This document shows positions 11,036-20,391 of a stretch of 64,000 bases of DNA, piece by piece. Each line of letters starts with the position of its first letter. Within the stretch, counting starts at the first letter, position 1. The position numbers and the translations under genes are program-made. The DNA lies in contig CAVUAK010000001.1 of NCBI GenBank assembly GCA_963739455.1, positions 2,112,001-2,176,000 of the forward strand. Reading direction: 5' to 3'. Source of the DNA: an uncultured Gemmatimonadales bacterium (lineage in GTDB: Bacteria > Gemmatimonadota > Gemmatimonadetes > Gemmatimonadales > GWC2-71-9). Under the pieces are notes generated by a model that was not told the origin of the DNA, did not search any database, and saw only the letters and a program-made list of their open reading frames with translations.

Positions 11036-11560
11036 GTGAGGCACTTGGTGGGACCAAAGCAGAAGCTAGTCCTGGCGCTCGCCACCGCATCGGTGGCCAT
11101 GTTCCCGGTTCGCGTGGCGGCCCAGGTCGAGGAGACGCCGGAAGCGGCCGTAAACGCCTTCATGAAGGCGGTCGCCGACAGCAACCTGGCCCGGATGACC
11201 CAGCTCTGGGGCACGTCCCAGGGTTCTGCGGCGACCACGCGCAAGCCATCGGACTTCCAGAAGCGCATGTACATCACATATGCGTTCCTGAAGGGCGGCA
11301 CCTACAGGATCTCGGCGACGGAGCCCAGCCCGAAGCAGCAGGACGAGCGCTACATGATCCTCGAGTTTACCCGGGGTGACTGCAACAAGCTGGTGCCGAT
11401 CACGGCAGTGAAGACGAAGAAGGAAGGCTGGATCGTGAACTCACTGGACCTGAGCCAGGTCGGGGTGCCGGGCCGGAGCTGTTCTGGAGGACTGCCTGGT
11501 GGCGACACCAGCAAGCCGATCACCATAACGGACACGATCAAGGGCGCCACGACGAAGTAG
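11036..11560 (+). CDS. Exported hypothetical protein
   Basis: Signal-peptide-like N-terminus ending VAAQ, two Cys; start uncertain. Confidence 0.6.
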   Translation: MRHLVGPKQKLVLALATASVAMFPVRVAAQVEETPEAAVNAFMKAVADSNLARMTQLWGTSQGSAATTRKPSDFQKRMYITYAFLKGGTYRISATEPSPKQQDERYMILEFTRGDCNKLVPITAVKTKKEGWIVNSLDLSQVGVPGRSCSGGLPGGDTSKPITITDTIKGATTK

Positions 11561-11566
11561 CCGGCG

Positions 11567-11968
11567 CTACCGGGCCTGGGTGAGCTCGATCAGGATGCCG
11601 GCGGTTGACTTGGGGTGCACGAAGGCGATGCGACGTCCATGGGCCCCGGTGCGGGGCGTCTCGTCGACCAGGCGGTATCCGGCGGCGCGGCAGCGTATCA
11701 GGGCGGCGTCGAGGTCGGCCACTTCGTAGCAGACGTGATGAATGCCGGGACCGCGCTTCGCCAGGAACCTGGCAATCGGGCCGTCGGGCGCGGCGGGCTC
11801 GAGGAGTTCCACCTCGGGACCGCCAAAGGGCAGGGAAACAATCGTGGCACCGTCCGCCGATTCCGGGGCGCGGGGCTCGAGTCCGAGAACGTCGCGGTAG
11901 AAGGCAAGGGCGTCAGCCAGGTTCTCGACGGCGACGCCAATGTGGGCGATGCGTGGCTGATTGGTCAT
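11567..11968 (-). CDS. mce: Methylmalonyl-CoA epimerase (VOC fold)
   Basis: IAHIGVAV, ELLEP, GPGIHHVCYEV, GAHG, FVHPKSTAGILIEL. Confidence 0.88.
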   Translation of the reverse strand: MTNQPRIAHIGVAVENLADALAFYRDVLGLEPRAPESADGATIVSLPFGGPEVELLEPAAPDGPIARFLAKRGPGIHHVCYEVADLDAALIRCRAAGYRLVDETPRTGAHGRRIAFVHPKSTAGILIELTQAR

Positions 11969-12024
11969 GCTGAATCTTAAGTCATCGCACAATGAGTGCG
12001 ATGGGAGAAAGGAAGCGCAACGCA

Positions 12025-12363
12025 ATGGCTGGCGTAAACACCAAGACTCCTCCCGTGACGGACGATTCCTTCGCGGTTGATGTTGATCAGGCAAAGGGCC
12101 TCGTGCTGGTGGACTTCTGGGCGGTGTGGTGCGGGCCGTGCCAGATGGTCGCCCCGGTGCTCGAGCAGCTGGCCGGCGAGTACGACGGTCGGGTCAAGAT
12201 CGTGAAGCTCGATGTGGACTCGAACCAGCGCACGTCGATGAAGTACAACGTCCGGTCGATCCCGAGCATCCTGTTCTTCAAGGATGGCAAGCACGTGGAT
12301 ACCGTCGTTGGCGCGGTGCCGAAGCCGGTCATCGAGGGGAAGATCAAGCAGCACCTGAGCTAG
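12025..12363 (+). CDS. trxA: Thioredoxin
   Basis: DFWAVWCGPC active site, VRSIPS. Confidence 0.96.
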   Translation: MAGVNTKTPPVTDDSFAVDVDQAKGLVLVDFWAVWCGPCQMVAPVLEQLAGEYDGRVKIVKLDVDSNQRTSMKYNVRSIPSILFFKDGKHVDTVVGAVPKPVIEGKIKQHLS

Positions 12364-12406
12364 GGCGGGTAAGGCGGGTAGGGCGGGTAGGCGGGTGGGG
12401 CGGTAG
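12361..12406 (+). repeat. G-rich ~9-bp tandem repeat (TAGGGCGGG-like, about 5 units)
   Basis: TAGGGCGGG TAAGGCGGG TAGGGCGGG TAGGCGGG TGGGGCGG TAG, starting at the trxA stop codon. Confidence 0.85.
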
Positions 12407-12463
12407 CGAGGGCACCAAGTCCTCCTGCCGCCCTTGACGCTTCTCCCCTTCGAACGGAGGCGC

Positions 12464-13295
12464 ATGGCCACGCTGTACGTCGTCGCGACACCTCTGGGCA
12501 ACCTGGGCGACCTGAGCGCGCGGGCCATTGAGGTCCTGCGCACCGTGCCGGTCGTGGCGGCCGAGGATACCCGCCGGTCGCGGGGGCTGCTCGAGCATAT
12601 CGGCGCGCATCCGCAGCTTCGCAGCTTCCACGCGCACTCCCCTGAGCGGCGCCTCGAGATGCTCCTCGAGATCCTTTCCGATGACCGGGACGTAGCCCTC
12701 GTAACAGATGCCGGGACGCCGGGCATCAGCGATCCGGGAACCGACCTCGTCCGGGCCGCACGCGAGGCGGGCCACGTGATGGTGCCCATCCCGGGTCCCT
12801 CGGCGATCGCGACGGTGCTCTCGGCGTCCGGGCTCCCGGCTGATCGCTTTCTCTTCCTGGGGTTCGTGCCGCGCCGCGGGGCAGAGCGCGCGCGCATGCT
12901 GGCGCGCGCCGCCGACGGAGGAGTGGAGCGTGGTGTTCTACGAGGCGCCAAGCCGGGTGGTCGAGCTGCTGGAGGACCTGCTGGCCCTGGCCGGCCCGGA
13001 CCGGCGGGCGACGGTGGGACGCGAGCTCACGAAGCTGCACGAGGAGATCCGCGGCGGGTCGCTGGAGGAGCTGCTGGCGCACTTCAACAGCACGGAACCC
13101 CGGGGCGAGTTCACCGTAGTGCTGGAGGGAACGGGCCTGCCGCCCGCTGCCATCGACCGGACCGAGGAAGCGACCACGAATGCCCGCCAGCTGCTGGCTG
13201 ACGGGGTGACACGGCGAGAAGCGTCGCAGCGAATCGCCGCCGAGTTCGGCCTGTCCCGAAACGACGCCTACCGGCTCGTCATGAGCCTGACCTGA
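12464..13295 (+). CDS. rsmI: 16S rRNA C1402 2'-O-methyltransferase (frameshift near 12915)
   Basis: LYVVATPLGNLGD, AEDTR, DAGTPGISDPG; second frame FYEAPSR, RELTKLHEE, RGEF. Confidence 0.92.
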
Positions 13296-14009
13296 TGCCT
13301 GTGCGCCTGCCCATCGCCGTCCTGCTTGCGCTGTCGTGCGCTGTTCCGCTTGCCGGCGCAGCAGGTGAAGGCGCGCGTCGCGGCCGGCGCGCCGGCGGTG
13401 CGGGCGGAGCCGCTGCAGACCATCGGTCGGCTCCACTACGAGGGTGGCGGCGACTGGTACGCCAATCCGTCGAGCCTGCCCAACCTCCTCGCCGCGGTGC
13501 GCGAGCGCACCGGCATCCCGGTGGAGCGCGAGGAGCGCACCGTCACGCTCACGTCGGATGAGCTGTGGAGCGTACCGTACATCTACATGACGGGTCACGG
13601 GAATGTGCACTTTTCGGATGACGACCTGCGCATCCTGCGGGCGTATCTATCGCAGGGTGGGTTCCTGCATGTCGACGACAACTATGGCATGGACAGTTCC
13701 ATCAGGCGCGAACTCGCGCGGCTGTTCCCGGGCCAGGAACTCACCGATGTACCGCTCGACCATCCCATCTACCACCTCGCGTATGAAATGCCGCGTGGCA
13801 TTCCCAAGATTCACGAGCACGACGGCAAGCCGGCGCAGGGGCTTGGTCTCTACCTGAATGGGCGGCTGGTGGTCTACTACTCGTATCAGTCCGACCTCGG
13901 CGATGGCTGGGAGGATCCCGAGGTGCACAAGGATCCCGCCGAGAAGCATGAGGCGGCGCTGCGCATGGGCGTGAACCTCTACGCCTATGCGGTCGGGTCG
14001 GGCGGATGA
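13295..14009 (+). CDS. DUF4159 family exported protein (probable frameshift in the signal peptide)
   Basis: RLHYEGGGDWY, YMTGHG, GGFLHVDDNYG, PKIHEHDGKP, DLGDGWED, ALRMGVN. Confidence 0.85.
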
Positions 14010-17000
14010 GCCTCACTGAACTCGCGCTGGAGCAGGTGGCGCGGCCGCTGCGGCTGCGACGGAATGCGGCGTGGATCGTCGCGGCGCTCGGGGCAACGCT
14101 GCTGCTCCTCGGCGTCACGGCGTGGCTGGCGCGACTGGATGTCATCCGCACGCTGGCGTGGGTGCCCGCGGCCTGGATCGGGGCGTCGCTCTGGTGGCCG
14201 CTGCGGCGTGGGGTCGGCGCCGTGCGGTGGCGGGCCTGGCGACGCGATCGCTCGCCGAGTGGCTGGAACAGTCGGGTGCATGGCGACTGGGTGCGTTGCG
14301 CTCGCTGCTCGAACGGTCGCAGCAGGGATCGAGTGCGGAACTGGCGCAGGCGGCCGACGCAGCATCGGCCGCCACGGTCGGTGAGCGTGCGACCCGCAGG
14401 CGCTCGGTCCGCTGGACGAACGCTTGTCGCGCGAATTGCGCTGGGGAGTCGCGCTCCTCGCCGTTGGTCTCGTGGCCCTGGCGACCTCGGGTCCGCTCCG
14501 CGGGCCTGGTGCGGTGCTCTGGCACCCGTTCCGCGCGTGGCGCGCGGTGGTGTCCCCGGTCCAGCTCCGCGCGTCCGCCGACAGCGTGGATCGCGGCACG
14601 CCGGTGACGCTCACCGTCACGACGTACGGCCGTCGGGAGGCAACGCTCTGGCTCAGGTCGCCAGGCGAGGCATGGCGGGAAACGCCGCTGTCGCTCGATG
14701 CCAACGGCGTTGCGTCGCACGTCATCCCGGCGCTCGAGACCGACCTGTTCGCGCGCGTGTCGAGCGGTGAGCGCGGCTCCGACACCGTCATGATCCACGT
14801 GCGCCAGCCGGTGTTCCTTGCGTCGCTCGAGGTCACGGCGCGCTATCCGGCGTACCTCGGGCTGGAAGACGAGCCGATTCCCACGGCGGGCGACACGGTC
14901 CTCCTGCCGGCGGGAACGCGGCTCGAGACGCGAGGCGAAGCCACGGCGGAACTCGAGAGCGCGTCATGGAGCGCGGACGAGGCGGAGAGCGCGCTGCCGG
15001 TAAGCGGCAAGCAGTTCGACGGTGACTTTACGCCGGCTCCGGTCGGGCGCCTATCGCCTGGCACTCAGCACGGCGAGCGGTGCGCCGCTGGCTGGCGATG
15101 CGATCGTACTGCCGCTGCGCATCGTCCCCGACAGCGCGCCGGCGCTCGAGATCCCCGTGCCAGGCGCCGATACCACGGCATCGCCTGATGCCCGGGCGCT
15201 CATCGTCGTCGACGCGCACGACGACCATGGACTCAAGAGTGTCGTGCTCGAGTTGCGTCGCGTCATCCGGCCTCGGCGCCGCCGATCCGGCGCGGGAGCA
15301 GGCGATTGCCCTGCCCGGCGGCGCGCCCGACCGCGCGGTGCTCAGCACGCAGGTCAACCTGCAGCAGCTCGGGCTGCTGCCCGGCGACACGCTCCGCTAT
15401 CGGGCGCGCGCCGTGGACAACTCGCCCCGGGCGCCAGTCGGGATGGTCGCGCGAGTACGTGCTGCGCATCCAGACGCTCACCGAGCTCCGGGCGGAGCAG
15501 CGCCGGGAAACGTCGTCGCTCCAGAGTCGCCTCGACTCGCTGAGCGCCGGCGAGCAAGAAGCTGGAGCGGCAGACCGAGGATCTCGCGCGCTCGCAGCCG
15601 CGTGACGCCACCAAGCAGGGCGACAATTCCGACAACCTCAGCTTCGAGCAGGCGAAGAAGGCGGAAGCGGTCGCGGAGTCGCAGCAGGAGCTGATGAAGC
15701 AGGCGGAGCAGGCGCGGCAGGCACTTCAGGAGCTGCAGAAGAACGCCGAGACCGCCGGCCTGGCTGATTCGGCGCTCATGGCGCGCCTGGCCGAGGTACA
15801 GCAGCAGCTGGACAAGGCGCTGACGCCAGAGATCCGCGCCAAGCTCGAGGAGCTGCAGCAGGCGCTCAAGGAACTCGACGCCGAGCGCACCCAGGACGCC
15901 CTCAAGGACCTGGCCGAGAAGCAGAAGGAACTGCGGGAGGCGCTGGAGCGCAGCCGGGAGCTCTTCGAGCGCGCCGCGATGGAGGGACAGCTCGAGAGCC
16001 TGGCCCAGGATTCCAAGGAATTGCAGAAGGACCAGGCGGAGTGGAACAAGCAGGTCGAGGCGGCCGACAGCCAGCGCGCCGCCGCCGCGGAGCAGCAGCT
16101 CGCGAAGAAGGCCGAGTCACTGTCATCCGAACTGAAGCAATTGTCGGAGCAGATGAAGGACACGCCGACGCGGCGACAAGATCGAGCAGGCCGTCCCAGC
16201 AGGCGGGCAAGGCTGTCGCAGAAGATGGAGCAGGCGTCGAAGTCGGCGAAGTCAGGCCAGAAGCAGAAGGCGAAGTCCGAGGGTGAGGAGGCAGAGAAGG
16301 AACTCGCGCCACTGGGTGACCAACTGCAGGAAGAGCGGGAACAGATGGCGCAGGACTGGCGCGACGAGGTCATGTCGCAGCTCGACCAGGCGCTGGCCGA
16401 CGTGAGCCGGCTGGGCGAGAAGCAGCTCGCGGTAAGCCAGGGCTTCGAGCGCGGTGAGTCCGCCGCCAAGCTGCGGGCCGACGAGGGCGCCATCGAGGAA
16501 GGGGTGGAGCGCCTGCAGGAGCAGGTGCGGCAGGCCGCGGGCAAGAACGCACTGGTGTCGCCGGACATCGGCACCTCGCTGGCGGCGGCGTCGCGGTTCA
16601 TGCAGCAGGCGCGCGACGCGGTGTCGTCGGCCAACGCCAATCCGCGCGAGGCCGGCGATCGTGCCGGCGACGCGCTCGACGCACTCAACTCCGCCGCGCA
16701 CGGCCTGCTCAAGGCCCGTGGCGAGGTGGGCGGATCGGAGTCGGGCTCGGGCCTGGCCGAGGCGATGGAGAAGATGGGCGAGCTGGCGAAGCAGCAGGGA
16801 CAGCTTGGGGAACAGGGTGCGTCGCTGATGCCGCAGCTTGGCGCGGGCGGCGCGCAGCAGCAGATGCAGCAGCTCGCGGCGCAGCAGCGGGCGCTGGCGC
16901 AGGAACTGGAGAAGCTGCGCGGCCAGGGCAACATGCCGGGTGCGGGCGAGATGGCAAACGAGGCGGAGGAGCTCTCGCAGCGGCTCCAGGCCGGCCGGCT

Positions 17001-17281
17001 CGATCGGCAGACGGTGGAGCGACAGGAGAAGCTGTTCCGGCGCATGCTCGACGCGGGGCGCACGCTGCAGGGAGAGCAGGAAGACGAGCAGAAGGAGCGG
17101 CAGAGCACCACGGCCAACGGCGACAGCGTGCTGCTGCCACCGTCGCTGCGGGCGCGGCTGCAGGACGACGATGGCCGGCTCCAGGTGCCGAGCTGGGAGG
17201 AACTGCAGCGCCTCTCGCCGGCGGAGCGACGCATCGTGGTGGACTACTTCCGGCGGCTCGCGACGCCCGGGCGCGAACTAG
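14006..17281 (+). CDS. Large membrane-anchored protein with Ig-like segments and a Q/E-rich coiled coil (DUF4175-like; multiple frameshifts)
   Basis: Pieces in several frames: N-terminal TMs, YPAYLG, DDHGL, LLPGDTLRYRARAVDN, long coiled coil, RMLDAGRTL, VVDYFRRL. Confidence 0.7.
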
Positions 17282-17282
17282 C

Positions 17283-19010
17283 ATGCGGCTCGCCGTGGCC
17301 CTGTTGCTCCTTGTGGCCGGCCCGCTGGCCGCGCAGGCTGCGCAGGCCGATTCGCTCAACCGCGCGTTCGACCTCGAACGGCGGGGCAACTACCCGGCCG
17401 CGGTCATCGCGTATCGTGCCGTCCTCAAGACCCGGCCGGCCGACGTGAGCGCGATCCTCGGCCTGGAGCGGTCGCTGCAGCCGCTCAACCGCTCGGCCGA
17501 AATGGTGCCCGACCTGAACGCGGCGCTGGCCGCCAATCCTTCTGCGACGGCGCTGTACGGGGTGGCGGTGCGCACGTACAGCGCCGCTGGAATGACGGAC
17601 AGCCTGCGGCGCGTGGTGGATCGCTGGGCACAACTCGCGCCCAAGGACGAGACGCCGTACCGCGAGTGGGGCACGGCGTTGCTGGCGCGACGTGATCGCG
17701 TGGGCGCGCGCGCGGCGTACCTTGCGGGCCGCCAGCAGCTTGGCCAGCCGAACGCGCTCGCACCGGAGCTGGCGCAGCTCGCGGTGCTCGAGGGCGACTA
17801 TGCCACGGCGGCGAAGGAGTGGCTGCTCGCCATCAGGAAACTGCCGGGCTACCGCTCTGGCGCCGTCGTGACGCTGCGGCCCGACGCCTGATGCGCAGCG
17901 CCCCCATGGTGCTGAAGGTGCTGCAGGATGATGGCTCGCCCGATGCGCAGCGACTGGATGCGGAGTTGCGCGCGCGCTGGGGCGATCCGGTGGGCGGCTT
18001 CGAGCGACTGGTGCTGGTGCTGCCGGCGGACCCGGTCGAGGCGCGCGACCTGCTGCGGCAGTTCGCCGAGGCGCTGCGGGGCAACACGACGCCGCCGTAC
18101 CGACAGGCGATGGGACGCGCGCTCGAAGCGATGGCGCAGCGCACCAATGGCGCGGCGCGCTCGCGGCTGCAGCTCGACGCGGCCCAGGCCTACCTCGATG
18201 GTGGTGATCGCGCATCAGCGCGCCGCATGCTGGCGAGCCTTGCCGGCGATGGGAACGACCCCGGCCGCGCTGAGCGCGAGCGCATCGGGTACGCTGCTGC
18301 GGCTGCTGGTGGACGAGGGAAAGATGGAGGAGGCGGAGCGGAGCCTTGCCCAGTATCGCGGCGTCCTGTCGACGCAGGAAATGGCAACGCTGACGCGGCG
18401 GGTCGCGATCGGGTGGGCGCGGGCCGGCAAGCTCGATCGAGCCGAGGCGCTTGCCGCGGCCGACAGCTCGGTCGAAGGACTGGCGCTCCGTGGCCAACTC
18501 CGGCTGTTTCAGGGTGATATTGCCGACGCGGTGGAGCTCCTGCGCGCGGCGGGTCCGTATGCCGGTACGCGGGAGCAGGCTACGGCGCGCACGTCCCTCC
18601 TGGCGCTGCTGCAGCCGATCGAGGAAGACACGCTTCCGGCACTCGGGCTCGCGTTCCTGGCCCTCGAGCGGGGCGACACGACGGTCGCGGTGGCCGGATT
18701 CAGCTCCATTGGTGCCGCCCGACCGAGGAACAAGGGCGGCGCCGAATTGCTGCTGCTGGCGGGGCAGCTCGAGGCGGCACGTGGCTCGGCACCGGCGGCG
18801 GAAAAGCTGTTCCGGGCTGCGGTCGATACCACGGCGCCGGCGACGGCGCCGGCGGCACTGCTCGAGCTGGGCCGGTTGCTGGCGAGTTCGGGGCGGGGTG
18901 GAGAGGCGGTACCGGTGTTCGAGCAACTGATCCTGGACTATCCGCGGAGCGCGCTGGTGCCACAGGCCCGCCGCGCGCTGGACGAGGCGAAAGGGGCGGT
19001 ACCCCAGTAA
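17283..19010 (+). CDS. Exported TPR-repeat protein (frameshifts near 17881 and 18260)
   Basis: Signal peptide, helical Ala/Leu repeats, C-terminal LILDYPRSALVPQARR. Confidence 0.75.
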
Positions 19011-20308
19011 TGTGTCTTGCCTGCGTATCACGACGTGACTTCCTGCGGGTCGCCGCCGCCGTACCGGTCATCCCGTCGGTGCTGCACCTGCGTTCGCCGG
19101 TGCGCGCCGACTGGCTGCTCATCCCCATGGACGACGTCCAGACGGAGCACCTGAAGGCGTATGGTGTCACGTTCCGGGCCATCCAGCGCGGCGTGAAGGC
19201 GGAGTGGTTGCTCAACTACCGGGGTGGCTCGTTCCTGCTGCCGAGCGATGCCGCGACGGCGCGAGACGCCGCCCTGAACGGCATCACCGTTGAAGGACTG
19301 AGCGACGGCACGGTGACGCAGATCCGCGGCGAGATTGCCACGTCCAACATGGACGCCGTGCCGCTGGAGAAGGCGCCGAAGGTGGCGGTGTACGTGCCGC
19401 CGTTCGCGGCCCCATGGGACGACGCCGTGACCATGGCGCTCAACTACGCCGGCATCGAGTACGACAAGCTCTGGGACGTCGAGGTGGTGGAGCAGGGCCT
19501 CAAGACCTACGACTGGCTGCACCTGCACCACGAGGACTTCACCGGCCAGTACTCGAAGTTCTACCTCAACTACTCCGGTGCGCCCTGGCTTGCTGAAATG
19601 GTGGCGAAGAACCGGGAGGTAGCCCGACAGCTGGGCTACGCGAACGTTCCCGCGCTCAAGAAGGCTGTCGCGCAGAATATCAGTGCCTTCGTCGAGCGGG
19701 GTGGCTTCCTGTTCGCGATGTGCACCGCGACGGAGACCCTCGACCTGGCACTGGCGGCACAGAACGTCGACATCGCCGCGTCCTACGCCGACGGCACGCC
19801 GATGGAGCCCAACGCCAGCAGCAAGCTCGACTGGAGCAAGACGCTGGCCTTCCAGAACGCCACGCTGGAACTGAGCCCGACGACGCCGGTCTATTCGGAC
19901 ATCGACGGGCACCAGGTGAACTCCGCTGATCGACGCCAGCAGCTCGGCACCTTCACCATCTTCGGCTTCAGCGCCAAGATCGACCCGGTGCCGACGATGC
20001 TGGTGCAGAACCATCGCGACGTGATTCCCGACTTCTACGGGCTGACGACTTCGTTCACGCGGAAGACGCTCAAGCCGGGCGTGACCGTGCTGGCCGACGA
20101 GCCTGGCGCGCCGTGGGTGAAGTACATCCATGGTGAGAAGGGGCAGGGCACCTGGACCTTCTACGGTGGGCACGATCCCGAGGATCCGCAGCACCAGATC
20201 GGCGACGCGCCCACCGACCTCACGCTGCACCCGCATTCACCCGGGTACCGGCTGATCCTGAACAACGTGCTGTTTCCGGCGGCGAAGAAGAAGGAGCTGA
20301 AGACATGA
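19010..20308 (+). CDS. Conserved exported protein, class I GATase-like fold, Tat-type signal
   Basis: SRRDFLR; LIPMD..Q..HLKAYG, WLLNYRGGSF, WDDAV, WLHLHHEDFTGQ, GGFLFAMC, GGHDPED, GYRLILNNVLFPAA. Confidence 0.75.
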   Translation: MCLACVSRRDFLRVAAAVPVIPSVLHLRSPVRADWLLIPMDDVQTEHLKAYGVTFRAIQRGVKAEWLLNYRGGSFLLPSDAATARDAALNGITVEGLSDGTVTQIRGEIATSNMDAVPLEKAPKVAVYVPPFAAPWDDAVTMALNYAGIEYDKLWDVEVVEQGLKTYDWLHLHHEDFTGQYSKFYLNYSGAPWLAEMVAKNREVARQLGYANVPALKKAVAQNISAFVERGGFLFAMCTATETLDLALAAQNVDIAASYADGTPMEPNASSKLDWSKTLAFQNATLELSPTTPVYSDIDGHQVNSADRRQQLGTFTIFGFSAKIDPVPTMLVQNHRDVIPDFYGLTTSFTRKTLKPGVTVLADEPGAPWVKYIHGEKGQGTWTFYGGHDPEDPQHQIGDAPTDLTLHPHSPGYRLILNNVLFPAAKKKELKT

Positions 20309-20390
20309 CGTGAGGACGTGAAGACGTGAGGACGTGAAGAATTCCTTCCTTCCGTCACCTCACGTCTTCACGTCTTCACGTCCTCACGTC
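20307..20390. repeat. Inverted repeat built of 8-bp tandem units GACGTGA(G/A), four per arm
   Basis: Left arm 20307-20338, right arm 20359-20390; 32-bp stem with 2 mismatches and a ~20-nt loop. Confidence 0.92.
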
Positions 20391-20391
20391 C

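Noticed and set aside
19010..20308. Calling this protein asparagine synthetase B
   Set aside because: It has no N-terminal Ntn Cys and no SGGLDS ATP-pyrophosphatase motif, and it carries an export signal.
20307..20390. Repeat arrays as CRISPR
   Set aside because: The units are 7-9 bp and contiguous, with no unique spacers and no cas genes.
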